Shown here: positions 1-7,978 of the stretch, piece by piece
How the letters are laid out: every line of letters begins with the position of its first letter
Position numbering within the stretch: position 1 is the stretch's first letter
Assembly (NCBI GenBank): GCA_035316225.1
Contig: DATHJK010000261.1
Location: forward strand, 1-34,429
Direction: 5' to 3'
DNA length: 34,429 nt
From: Pyrinomonadaceae bacterium
Lineage (GTDB): Bacteria; Acidobacteriota; Blastocatellia; Pyrinomonadales; Pyrinomonadaceae
Notes under the pieces: generated by a model
The model's database searches: none
Seen by the model: the letters and a program-made list of their open reading frames with translations, nothing else
What the model was told of the DNA's origin: nothing
Translations under genes and position numbers: made by a program

Positions 1-1016
1 GTCACGGAAGTCATAGAGGTAAGTTGCTTCGAGCCGTTGGCTAGCGCGTGCGCGGTCTCCGTCGTTACAGTGACTTCTACCTGACGAACGGCAGCCTCCT
101 CTGTCGGTGAGCTGAGCTGGTGCACAGGTTGATCGTAGAGACCGCCGATGCCGGGCAGGTCAAGGATGTAGCGGAACTGTAGTCCTGCGACGTGTTCGGC
201 AATCACGCTGTCTGTGTGCCCGAGACCGCCGTTAACGCCGAAGAGCCGCCTGACGAGAAGCCCGTTCTGGTCAATGTAGTAATGAATGATGCGCATTCTT
301 CTGATGGAAGTCGGCAGCGTCCCCGCTTTGGCGATTGTGCTTATAGGCCCGCCAGCGGCGGCATTATTGAGTCCGTATGCATCACCTGTGGCGAAGCTCA
401 GCTTTCGCGTGCTGTTGTCTATGGAAGTAATCGTCCCGAAAGTAGCTCCCACAGAGGACACGATGAAATAGATCTCTCCCGCCTGAAAACTGGGAAGGTC
501 AGAGAGCGGCACTCTAATAGTTGACCCGTTGGCCGGAATCGCCGTCGCCGCGAGTGTAATCGGCGTAAAGTCTGTGTCGATCTGTAGGATGTTAATCCTG
601 TCGGTCAGCGCAGGGGTGGAGCGAACTGTAACGGCTGGGGTCGTAAGAGCTACTGTGGTGCTGGCAGGCACGTTATTGTCCGACTCGACCAGCGGGATAT
701 TGACCATGTTTGTTCCACATGACGAAGTGTTCGGATTTAGCGTCAGGAATCCAGTCACGAAGTTTTTGCGCACGCAGATATTGTTGAATCCACGCAGACC
801 GTCGCCAGCCACAATCAGGTCGCGGCTAATGTATTCCTGCGCCGTTCGCAGATTCTCCTGCGAGTCCGTCATCTCGTAGGTTGACATGCTCACCATGATG
901 CTGCCTTTCATAAGCATGACGGCTGCGCCCGCAAGAATGAGCATGACGCTGAAGACGATCAGCAGCTCGACCAGCGAGAATCCTGATTGCTTGCTTGAAG
1001 CGGTTTGTGTCGGCAT
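1..1016 (-). CDS. Type IV pilus minor pilin / pseudopilin, PilW-like (C-terminus runs off the left window edge)
   Basis: Minus-strand frame is open from ATG (1016-1014) to position 1. It is absent from the ORF track because there is no stop in the window. N-terminus MPTQTASSKQSG|FSLVELLIVFSVMLILAGAAV is a prepilin (class III) signal: G-F-x-x-x-E followed by a hydrophobic helix. It is the third consecutive gene with this motif. Confidence 0.75.
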   Translation of the reverse strand, partial: MPTQTASSKQSGFSLVELLIVFSVMLILAGAAVMLMKGSIMVSMSTYEMTDSQENLRTAQEYISRDLIVAGDGLRGFNNICVRKNFVTGFLTLNPNTSSCGTNMVNIPLVESDNNVPASTTVALTTPAVTVRSTPALTDRINILQIDTDFTPITLAATAIPANGSTIRVPLSDLPSFQAGEIYFIVSSVGATFGTITSIDNSTRKLSFATGDAYGLNNAAAGGPISTIAKAGTLPTSIRRMRIIHYYIDQNGLLVRRLFGVNGGLGHTDSVIAEHVAGLQFRYILDLPGIGGLYDQPVHQLSSPTEEAAVRQVEVTVTTETAHALANGSKQLTSMTSV

Positions 1017-1066
1017 TCGGTAATGACCTCCAGTTGTCAGAAGACTCATCTGACCTTCATCTACAC

Positions 1067-1678
1067 TTATGGAAGGAAGTTGCTGCGCGCGTCGTTATTC
1101 AAATAACTCACGCCCACTCTCGTCTCCATCTGCCCCCTGTCGCCGGGGTATTTCAACGTCACCTGGATTCTTTTCAGATTAGAACTCAAGGATGTGATAA
1201 CTATCTCGCGCGTATAACCCGAGATAGCCCAGCCCGTATTCGTTACATCGTTACCATCGCCATAAACGCCACCTGAGCCGGGATCAATCAGGTCATCACC
1301 GGTGCCGAAAATTCCGTCAGGTCCCGGGTTGATAGAAACGGGTTGAAAGCCAGTGGGGAAGCCGCTAAAGGATTGCGTCGCTCCAGTGTTATCAACCGCT
1401 CCTGCGTTGCTTATCTGTCCGAAGGTAAGCTGCTTCGTATTGCGCAACGTCTCCATCTGTTCGAGGATTGAGACGACCAGCAATTTAGAGTTGGTTATGT
1501 TGCGCCCCTTATTGCTCACCATGAAGGCGTAGCTGATAGACGAAGCCACGGCCAGCAGTCCAATCGTCAAGAGGAGCATGGCAATAGTCATCTCCAAAAG
1601 CGTGCCGCCGTCTTCGGAACTGCGCGTAGAGCGCGACACAGCCTCAAAGGGGTGATTACTCGGCGTAGATATTTCCAC
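1067..1678 (-). CDS. Type IV pilus minor pilin, PilV-like (prepilin-type N-terminal cleavage/methylation domain)
   Basis: 203-aa ORF with ...SSEDG|GTLLEMTIAMLLLTIGLLAVA (Glu at +5, hydrophobic helix). It overlaps the upstream pseudopilin gene by 23 nt. The leader is unusually long, so the exact start is uncertain. Confidence 0.65.
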   Translation of the reverse strand: MEISTPSNHPFEAVSRSTRSSEDGGTLLEMTIAMLLLTIGLLAVASSISYAFMVSNKGRNITNSKLLVVSILEQMETLRNTKQLTFGQISNAGAVDNTGATQSFSGFPTGFQPVSINPGPDGIFGTGDDLIDPGSGGVYGDGNDVTNTGWAISGYTREIVITSLSSNLKRIQVTLKYPGDRGQMETRVGVSYLNNDARSNFLP

Positions 1679-2303
1679 TGCTGGTGTACCTCCAGGTTTT
1701 GATTCTTCCCGCGCTGCCGAGCACTGAAATGGCGCTAGCCGTCTGGCTTGACATTGATCCTGTGTAGAAGTAGAGCGCGAAGTTGATCGGCTGCTCTGCG
1801 CCGTTCACAACGGAGCCGTCCGGCTGAAAGGTGATGTTGATTATGTTTTGGCCGTTTAGCGTGGTCTTAGTCGTGCCATCGCCCAGAGCGCCCGTAGGCA
1901 GCCCCGTTGGTATGCCGTAGGTGATGTCTGCGACGGCCATGCCCTCGCCCGTCAACGGGTAGGTGCTGATCACAGTGCTGCCCGCAGTGTTCGGATAACT
2001 TGGATCGGTAATGATTGATCCACCAGACCCTGTGTGTGCTATGAGCGTGATCGTCTTGTTCACGTCGTTGTATTGAAACGTATAAGCTCGCCGCTCCGAC
2101 ATGGCTTCTTGCCGCGCTAACCTCATCTGAGTCGCTACCTGCTTAGGAAGCGCTGTAATGCGTTGTAAGCGGCGAGCCGAAATAAGTTGAGGTAGTGCAA
2201 AAGCGGTGACGATTGTGATGAGGCCCGCCACTATCAGCGTCTCAAGCAGGGAGAAACCTCTGTCGGCACAGGGTCGTTGATTATTAATCTGTGTAGTCAT
2301 CAT
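1656..2303 (-). CDS. GspH/FimT-like pseudopilin (first gene of the minor-pilin operon)
   Basis: 215-aa ORF. N-terminus ...CADRG|FSLLETLIVAGLITIVTAFALPQL is a canonical prepilin peptidase site. Size and position ahead of the PilV/PilW-like genes match the fimT-pilV-pilW order. Confidence 0.75.
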   Translation of the reverse strand: MMTTQINNQRPCADRGFSLLETLIVAGLITIVTAFALPQLISARRLQRITALPKQVATQMRLARQEAMSERRAYTFQYNDVNKTITLIAHTGSGGSIITDPSYPNTAGSTVISTYPLTGEGMAVADITYGIPTGLPTGALGDGTTKTTLNGQNIINITFQPDGSVVNGAEQPINFALYFYTGSMSSQTASAISVLGSAGRIKTWRYTSSGNIYAE

Positions 2304-2847
2304 TGGTTGATCTCAAATTCTTTTGGAGATAGCGCGTTACGCAACGTCAAACGGGTTTCGCGCCGTATCTGCTCTTATCTCATTGAGATTCATCTCTATC
2401 TTTCTCACACGCTCGCAGGAAATACGTGCGCTCTGCCCCCTAGCACGGCAACGACCATGCCATTAACCGAAATGTGAGAAAACAGGCTGGAAACAAGAGG
2501 CAGAGCAGAGGCAGGACTCGCCCATGCGTTACTTTCAGTTACAGCATGTGAAGAGCGTTTCACATCTTCCTGTCAGGCCAAAAGCGCAAACTCGGATCAG
2601 AAATTCTCCTTGCGGTGAAGAGCAATCCGCCGCAGGTTTACTGTGAAAGTGCGTGTTTGGCGAAGCCCGAACGCATGTGAAGCGGCTAAGAGTGAGTCGC
2701 GCAGAGCGATGGGCAATAGAGCGTATTTGTAGACGGCGCGCAAATTGCAATCTTAAGGCGGACGGGCGCGAGGTTCTCGCGTCCCATTGAGCATGTAATC
2801 AGCAAGAGCGCGATTTGAATGTCGGTTGTTAATTAAGGATCGTTCAT

Positions 2848-3014
2848 GGGGGATGTGCGGCATCTCCTTCGACGGGACATGGCCGGAGCGAAAACGCGCT
2901 CAAACAGTAATCAAGGGATCGCTCCCTCGCGCGAGGTGCCGCACGCCGCGCGTCGAGAGGAGCGGGAAGCGCCCCGGCGACTCTCAGGCCGTCGGGGCGC
3001 GTTTCTTTTTTTTG
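2848..3014 (+). ncRNA. Candidate structured small RNA (unclassified) ending in an intrinsic terminator
   Basis: Lies in an 829-nt gap with no credible ORF. Contains several GC-rich helices: GAGCG/CGCTC at 2887-2902, GGGA/TCCC at 2915-2926 and the palindrome CCTCGCGCGAGG at 2925-2936. Two long-range pairings occur in non-nested order: 2855-2862 with 2937-2944, and 2864-2874 with 2951-2962. It ends at a strong plus-strand terminator. The 5' end and promoter are not identified. Confidence 0.3.
2969..3014 (+). terminator. Rho-independent terminator (plus-strand orientation)
   Basis: GCGCCCCGGCG (2969-2979) pairs with the 11 nt at 2990-3000 (CGTCGGGGCGC), including one G-T wobble. It is followed by GTTTCTTTTTTTTG. 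Confidence 0.7.
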
Positions 3015-3054
3015 TCTTTAATCCAGAGAAGTAATGAGGAGCAGGACAGAAAGA

Positions 3055-3107
3055 TGAGGGATGAAAGAATAACTGTTCGTGTTGAATAGCTATTCTTTCA
3101 TCCCTCA
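3055..3107. repeat. GGGATGA-family hairpin (17-bp perfect stem, 19-nt loop)
   Basis: TGAGGGATGAAAGAATA (3055-3071) is the exact reverse complement of 3091-3107. A third partial copy, CTTTCATCCCTG, lies at 3117-3128. The element sits just 3' of the PBP4 gene stop. Confidence 0.85.
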
Positions 3108-3132
3108 CGTTGCCGCTTTCATCCCTGCTTTT

Positions 3133-4512
3133 CTACGGAGCAGGTTCGTACTCGTTATTGTTTTGACCAGCCGATTCAGATTCTGTGTTGGCAAGGCGCA
3201 TCGCTAGCGTCTGCGGGCGATATTGGAATGGCGCTGGGCCGCCGCGCGAATTCTGCAACTGAGTTACGAGCGCATCCTGATTCTGGCGAAAGCGCATGAC
3301 GTTGCCGCGCTGGTTGAAGATGACGAAGAGTAGAGTTTCGCCGCTTGCCGTGTTCATCTGGCCTACGAGCGCGCTCGCTCCGCCGTCTGTTCTGACGAGA
3401 GTGCCGGTTTTGGCAATCACACTTCCGCGCGCTTGTCCTTCGGTGAAGCGCTTTTCCAGCGTGCCGGGATCAATGCCAGCGACCGGGAGAATATCTGAAG
3501 GTTGCAGATGATTCTTAGCAAGCTCGTCGCTGAGCGCACGATATATCTTCATCATCGCGCGCGGTGTGACTCGGTTGACGCCAAGACCACTGGTCGAAGC
3601 CAGACGAACTTCATCGGGACGAATGCCCAGATTGTTGATCAGGTATCGTCTAACTGCTTCAGGGCCGCCAACATTGTCTCCAATGCGCTCTGCCATGAAA
3701 TTATTCGAGTAGCAGAGAAGAACTTTCAGAATGTCTGGAAGCGTGCTCGAACGATGGACTAGCAGCATACGAGCGTTGGCCGGAACAGTCCCTATGTAAA
3801 CCGCTCCCATGACGGTCACGCTCGGCGCGGACTGTAAGCCTGCTGTGTCGCCCAGCGTTATGCGCTCCTGTCTCCACGCTTCCGTAGCCTGCGCCGAACG
3901 CCGCGTATCATCCAGCGTGTCGTAAAAACTGTTACCCGACCCTTGCGCAGACCAGTCGAAGTTCATAGTGAATTTCGGCGGCACTACCAGATCGCCTGTT
4001 ACCGTACGTATTCCCAGGCGGTTTAGCTCGCGCGCAACCATCACAGCGTGCTCGAAGTGGAAGGAAGGATCACGCCCTGAAATGATAAGGTTGCCGTTGA
4101 TCGTTCCCGTCGCTGCGTCGAATGAGCCGTCAGTCCAGATTGCTGTGATGAAGCGATGCTGTACTCCGAAGTTATGAAGAGCTACAAGTGAAATTGCCAG
4201 CTTCACTGCCGACGCTGGATTGAATGCTTGGTCAGCAGCCTGCTCGGCCACGACTCGACCATCCAGTGTTTCAACCAGCATGCCTTGAAGACCGGAAATG
4301 TTGGTTGGGATAGGCGGCTGCGCAATATCCGGCGCGGGCTGAAGCGGTCTGGATAGAACTGTTGGGCGCACCAGAGAAGGTGCCGGGGCAGGCTCATCCG
4401 TCGTCGGCTGCTGTGCAAACGCATCAAGCGGCCACGCCGCGAAAAACAGGAGCGCGAAAATGATTGCCAGATGATTAAGACGGATGCGCTTGCTCATTCT
4501 TCTCTTCTTCAT
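3133..4512 (-). CDS. dacB: D-alanyl-D-alanine carboxypeptidase/endopeptidase, PBP4 (peptidase S13) family
   Basis: Carries SxxK (PASAVKL), SxN (YSNN) and KTG (AKTGT) motifs in the correct order. Signal peptide MKKRRMSKRIRLNHLAIIFALLFFAAWPLDAFA. I chose ATG 4512 rather than the ORF-track start at 4572. Confidence 0.85.
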   Translation of the reverse strand: MKKRRMSKRIRLNHLAIIFALLFFAAWPLDAFAQQPTTDEPAPAPSLVRPTVLSRPLQPAPDIAQPPIPTNISGLQGMLVETLDGRVVAEQAADQAFNPASAVKLAISLVALHNFGVQHRFITAIWTDGSFDAATGTINGNLIISGRDPSFHFEHAVMVARELNRLGIRTVTGDLVVPPKFTMNFDWSAQGSGNSFYDTLDDTRRSAQATEAWRQERITLGDTAGLQSAPSVTVMGAVYIGTVPANARMLLVHRSSTLPDILKVLLCYSNNFMAERIGDNVGGPEAVRRYLINNLGIRPDEVRLASTSGLGVNRVTPRAMMKIYRALSDELAKNHLQPSDILPVAGIDPGTLEKRFTEGQARGSVIAKTGTLVRTDGGASALVGQMNTASGETLLFVIFNQRGNVMRFRQNQDALVTQLQNSRGGPAPFQYRPQTLAMRLANTESESAGQNNNEYEPAP

Positions 4513-4690
4513 GAAAATGTTTCGGGGGATGAGTAATATAATACGGTAACCTGTGCGGCAGCGTCCATCCATAAATTTCTCGCAAGGGGAAGAGACTATT
4601 TAAGCCCTTTATTCGATGCGAGGCGTGCTCCTGCGGGATGCACGACGGCGAGCGTGTGAATGAATGCGCAGATTCATTAAATTCAATTCG

Positions 4691-4720
4691 TTGACAATAG
4701 CGCAAACGCGCTCATAATAT
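4691..4720 (+). promoter_or_regulatory. Sigma70-like promoter candidate for the ogg gene
   Basis: TTGACA (4691-4696), then a 16-18 nt spacer, then CATAATAT (4713-4720), about 20 nt upstream of the TTG start. Confidence 0.45.
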
Positions 4721-4741
4721 TCTCAGTGTTGACAGTCGTCC

Positions 4742-5407
4742 TTGTTGAGTTTGAATCGAACACCCGCCACGATTGAAACTATTCGCGCTGCGCATCGCTC
4801 GCGCCGCCGGATGATTCGCGCGCGTCTAGCGGAGTTTCGCGCCGTCTGGGATGAAGGATCGGACGAGCGTCTGTGGGAGGAACTGGTCTACTGCATCTTC
4901 ACTGCTGGCGCTTCGGCGCGCATGGGTCTTCGTTCTGTAGAGGCCGTGAGGCATCTGTTGTTTGAAGGATCGCATCAAGAGTTAACGAATGCGCTCGAAG
5001 GCGTCCATCGTTATCCACGGTCGCGCCCCGGCTACATCCTTGTGACGCGCGAATACCTGCGCGAAGATTGCGGGATGCGCCTTCGTGAGCGGCTTCTAAG
5101 TTTCTCCGACGCGCTTGCGCGCCGCGACTGGCTCGCAAAAGAGAAGAGAGTCAAAGGGCTTGGCTATAAAGAGTCCAGCCACTTTCTTCGCAATGTTGGA
5201 CTGAGCGGCTATGCTATCCTGGACAAGCACATCCTTCGCTGTCTTGCAGAACTTGGTGTTATAGAGTCTCCCCAGCCGCCGTCAACCCGCTCGCGCTATC
5301 TTGAGACGGAAGATCGCCTGCGGCGCTTTGCGCGCGACACGCGCATTGATTTCGACGAGCTTGACCTTGTTCTCTGGTCAATGAAGACCGGAGAAGTATT
5401 AAAGTAA
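4742..5407 (+). CDS. ogg: 8-oxoguanine DNA glycosylase/AP lyase, archaeal-type Ogg2 (HhH-GPD)
   Basis: Motifs LWEELVYCIFTAGASA, KGLGYKESSHFLRNVG, AILDKHIL and the C-terminal LDLVLWSMKTGEVLK closely track the Methanocaldococcus Ogg sequence as I recall it (GIGYKEASHFLRNVG...IIDRHIL...LDLYIWYLRTGKVLK). TTG start. Confidence 0.8.
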   Translation: MLSLNRTPATIETIRAAHRSRRRMIRARLAEFRAVWDEGSDERLWEELVYCIFTAGASARMGLRSVEAVRHLLFEGSHQELTNALEGVHRYPRSRPGYILVTREYLREDCGMRLRERLLSFSDALARRDWLAKEKRVKGLGYKESSHFLRNVGLSGYAILDKHILRCLAELGVIESPQPPSTRSRYLETEDRLRRFARDTRIDFDELDLVLWSMKTGEVLK

Positions 5408-5409
5408 GT

Positions 5410-5483
5410 GATGAATGATGAGTGCAGAATGATGAATAAGAAGAATTTGTCTTTAATTCATCATTCTGCACTCATCATTCATC
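5410..5483. repeat. GTGATGA-family hairpin (perfect 28-bp stem, 18-nt loop)
   Basis: GATGAATGATGAGTGCAGAATGATGAAT (5410-5437) is the exact reverse complement of 5456-5483. The arm reads as 7-nt units GTGATGA/ATGATGA/GTGCAGA/ATGATGA. Confidence 0.9.
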
Positions 5484-5501
5484 CCTTCAGGAGTTCCCCT
5501 G

Positions 5502-7109
5502 ATGAAATACAATCGAAGAGCCAACGGTAAGAGCCGCCGCTTAGTGGCGCTCGCAACCCTCGCTTTCATGTGTTGTGTCTTGAGCGTGTCCTTCGTGAGT
5601 AGCGGGCGGGCGTGGGACGACAGGACGCGCAGTCGCGCCGAGCGCGCTCTGCGTGAAGGCGAGTATGAGACAGCCGAGAGGCTTTATCGCGAGCTGCTTG
5701 CCAGAGATGCGCACGACAATAGCGCGCGCCTGGGCTTGAGCTTCGCGCTCTACAAGCAGAGGAATTTTCAGGATGCATACGATCACGCCGCGCGCGTTAT
5801 CGGCAACGACCCGCTCTCTTCGCGCGCTCACGCGCTTCTTGGCGCGGCTGTGCTTGGCTCCGGCGATTTCCGCCTCTCCGTAGAAGAGTTTCGCACGGCG
5901 CTGAGCATTAGAGAGAACGAGGCGCTTGCGATTGCCGGACTCGCGCTCGTTGATTTTTACGAAGGGCGGCTTGATCGCAGTCTAGCAGGCTTCCGTCGCG
6001 CCGTATCGCTGGATTCCAACGAGCCAGACTACATCTACAGCCTTGCTCAGGCAGCCGCGCGCACGGAGCGCTACAAGGAGGCAGCCGACGCTTACGAAAG
6101 GTTTCTGATAATCGCGCCGCGCACGGAAGAAGACCGCCGCGCGCGAATTCGCGGCCTGATTGATTTCCTTCGTTATCTTGGCAGACAGAATCAGCTTTAC
6201 GATCCGTCGGGCGCGTCCCACACCTCTATCCCTTTCGAGATAGTCAACAACCGCCCCATCATCCAGATAAGAATCAACGGCGAGCGCAAGCCTCTGCGCT
6301 TCGTGATTGACACGGGTTCGGGCATGTCCGTTGTTTCGGAAGAGACGGCACGACGCATGAACATTCACGCAGTGGCGCGTGGCGGATTGGCCCGCGCGGT
6401 CGGAGGCGGTGGAAAGTTCGAGATAGTTTACGGTTTTATTCCGCGCATTGACATAGGCGAAGTCCAGATCGAGAACTTGCCTGTTTACATTCGCCACTTC
6501 TATGACGACGGCAATCCTACGGACGGCTACATAGGCATCGCCGCGCTCACGAAATTCATAGCGACGGTTGATTACGGCGCTCGCACCTTTTCGCTCTTGC
6601 GCCAGCGCTCGTCCCCAACTCAGGCCCCTATTCCACTCTCGAATGGGCTTGAGCTACCTCTTCGCACTACAGCAAGCGGGTTCTTGAGCAGCGAAGTTCA
6701 TCTGGAAGGATTGACTAAACCTCTGAACTTCATCATTGACACGGGCGCGACCGTTTCCGTGGTTTCAAAAGCGCTCGTCGCAAGCTCTGACCTTGAACGC
6801 TTCGCGCACGGAACAAGAATGCGTGTTTACGGTGCAGCAGGGATAGAGGACAACGTGAAGCTGTTGATGCTCCCGCGCTTCATGCTGGGAACTCTGGTGC
6901 GCGACCACTTGCCTGCTGCCGTGCTCGATCTTGATCCGGTGAACGAGACGGCAGGGTTTGATCAGACGGGAATAGTCGGCGGGAATTTCTTGCGCTACTA
7001 CCGCGTCACCTTCGACTTCCAGCGCGCAGTGATGCGGCTTGAATCGCTCGGCGCAAATCAGCAGCCTGCGGACACACTGAACGGCGCAGGCACTATCCCA
7101 TCACCATGA
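5502..7109 (+). CDS. Secreted/anchored TPR-repeat protein with two retropepsin-like aspartic protease domains
   Basis: N-terminal hydrophobic segment, TPR-like helical repeats at about aa 45-210, then two D-T-G active-site motifs (FVIDTGSGMSVVS and FIIDTGATVSVVS). AGGAG lies 9 nt upstream of the ATG. Confidence 0.75.
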   Translation: MKYNRRANGKSRRLVALATLAFMCCVLSVSFVSSGRAWDDRTRSRAERALREGEYETAERLYRELLARDAHDNSARLGLSFALYKQRNFQDAYDHAARVIGNDPLSSRAHALLGAAVLGSGDFRLSVEEFRTALSIRENEALAIAGLALVDFYEGRLDRSLAGFRRAVSLDSNEPDYIYSLAQAAARTERYKEAADAYERFLIIAPRTEEDRRARIRGLIDFLRYLGRQNQLYDPSGASHTSIPFEIVNNRPIIQIRINGERKPLRFVIDTGSGMSVVSEETARRMNIHAVARGGLARAVGGGGKFEIVYGFIPRIDIGEVQIENLPVYIRHFYDDGNPTDGYIGIAALTKFIATVDYGARTFSLLRQRSSPTQAPIPLSNGLELPLRTTASGFLSSEVHLEGLTKPLNFIIDTGATVSVVSKALVASSDLERFAHGTRMRVYGAAGIEDNVKLLMLPRFMLGTLVRDHLPAAVLDLDPVNETAGFDQTGIVGGNFLRYYRVTFDFQRAVMRLESLGANQQPADTLNGAGTIPSP

Positions 7110-7579
7110 AGCAGAGCCTTTACCTGGAAACTTCTGTGGTCGGCGCTTATCTTGATAACGGCGAGCCGTTCCGGCGCGACCTGACGATTCGGTGGTGGGA
7201 GCACGAGTTGCCGGAGTATCGCGCTGTGGTCTCGCCGCTGGTTGCGCGCGAGCTCGAGCGCGTAGTGGAGCCGCACCGCACAGGCTATCTGAAACTTGTG
7301 GAGCCGCTCGAACAGGTCGAGTTGACGGACGAGGCGGCCATCCTCGCGGAAGGCTACATCTCGCGCGGCATCTTTCATCGCAAGTACATTGCCGACGCAG
7401 TGCATGTTGCTCTTGCTTCGTGTCATAAAATTGATTACTTGGTAACATGGAACTTCGGCCACCTGGCGAATGTGCGCCGTCAGGCTCGCATACGCCTATT
7501 CAACACGGCGGCAGGCTTCTTCGTCCCGATGATAGTGACCCCGGAGTTCCTGGTTTCGGAAGCAACAGAAAGGCAGTGA
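7106..7579 (+). CDS. PIN-domain-like protein (VapC-like nuclease fold, atypical acidic residues)
   Basis: 157 aa. YLETSVV, VARELERV, IADAVHVALA and VTWNFGHL occupy the positions of the four PIN acidic residues (E, E, D, N). The start overlaps the upstream stop (ATGA). Confidence 0.5.
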   Translation: MKQSLYLETSVVGAYLDNGEPFRRDLTIRWWEHELPEYRAVVSPLVARELERVVEPHRTGYLKLVEPLEQVELTDEAAILAEGYISRGIFHRKYIADAVHVALASCHKIDYLVTWNFGHLANVRRQARIRLFNTAAGFFVPMIVTPEFLVSEATERQ

Positions 7580-7648
7580 TGAATGCAAAGTGCAGAGTGA
7601 TGAACTGAAAAGCATTTAATTCATCACTCATCATTCTGCATTCATCAC
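7576..7648. repeat. GTGATGA-family hairpin, paralogue of 5410-5483 (imperfect stem)
   Basis: Left arm GTGATGAATGCAAAGTGCAGAGTGATGAA (7576-7604) and right arm 7620-7648. The outer 12 bp and inner 10 bp pair, with an internal mismatch block. The left arm matches about 25/30 nt of the arm at 5408-5437. It overlaps the PIN gene stop codon. Confidence 0.85.
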
Positions 7649-7654
7649 TTCATT

Positions 7655-7897
7655 ATGTATCGCAAGCCCAGATTTCTGGAAGAGCTGCACGCTATACGCG
7701 AGGAGATGTCGCGCGAGGCGGATTATGATGTTGACCTGTTCGCGGAGATGGTTCGCTCCGGCGTTAGACCCAGACACGGGGCCGAGCGAAATATACGGGG
7801 CTTCAAGAGTCGTGCGCTGCGCGAAGTCGAATCAACTGCTCGTTCAGCTTCTGAATCACCTTCACAACAGAAACGTCGCAAACGTTCTGCCAGATAA
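7655..7897 (+). CDS. Small hypothetical protein (80 aa), possible partner of the PIN-like gene
   Basis: The N-terminal half (MYRKPRFLEELHAIREEMSREADYDVDLFAEMV) looks coding. The C-terminal half is basic and low-complexity. No SD; the ATG follows the hairpin directly. Confidence 0.4.
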   Translation: MYRKPRFLEELHAIREEMSREADYDVDLFAEMVRSGVRPRHGAERNIRGFKSRALREVESTARSASESPSQQKRRKRSAR

Positions 7898-7940
7898 GAC
7901 GTTCGATTTTGTATGTAAGATTATTTCATAATGAGCTACA

Positions 7941-7974
7941 CTAACATCCGACATCATACATCTGACATCTGAAC
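7941..7974. repeat. Single-arm heptamer tract (ACATCYG type)
   Basis: AACATCC GACATCA TACATCT GACATCT GAAC, followed by CTTTT and the ATG at 7979. It is the complement of the tract at 15455-15500. Confidence 0.8.
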
Positions 7975-7978
7975 TTTT

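Noticed and set aside
2848-2880. A tmRNA-like 5' end: GGGGGATGTGCGG...TTCGACGGGA resembles the GGGGxUG...UUCGACGGGA start of ssrA.
   Set aside because: No T-arm or CCA-proximal 3' acceptor strand (ATCCCCC...) lies downstream or upstream, so neither the one-piece nor the permuted form fits. No plausible tag ORF ends in an Ala-rich C-terminus. The transcript would end at the 2969-3014 terminator after about 170 nt. There is also extra sequence between GCGG and TTCGAC. Kept only as an unclassified candidate sRNA.
2826-3108. ORFs 2826-3089(+), 2846-3034(+) and 2911-3108(-).
   Set aside because: They are Arg/Pro-rich translations of GC helices. They read straight through an intrinsic terminator and a repeat hairpin, and have no SD.
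4513-4572. Longer N-terminal extensions given by the ORF track for dacB (4572), cysS (15496), OsmC (30336), the sigma factor (23606), the M13 peptidase (29550) and the secreted proteins (25173, 26304).
   Set aside because: Internal ATGs are preceded by SD-like sequences or begin a proper signal peptide or conserved N-terminus. The extensions lack these or translate repeat sequence.
5982-7462. Antisense ORFs 5982-6497(-), 7058-7462(-) and 7101-7448(-).
   Set aside because: They oppose the motif-supported TPR/DTG protease and PIN-like genes. Their composition is typical of shadow frames.
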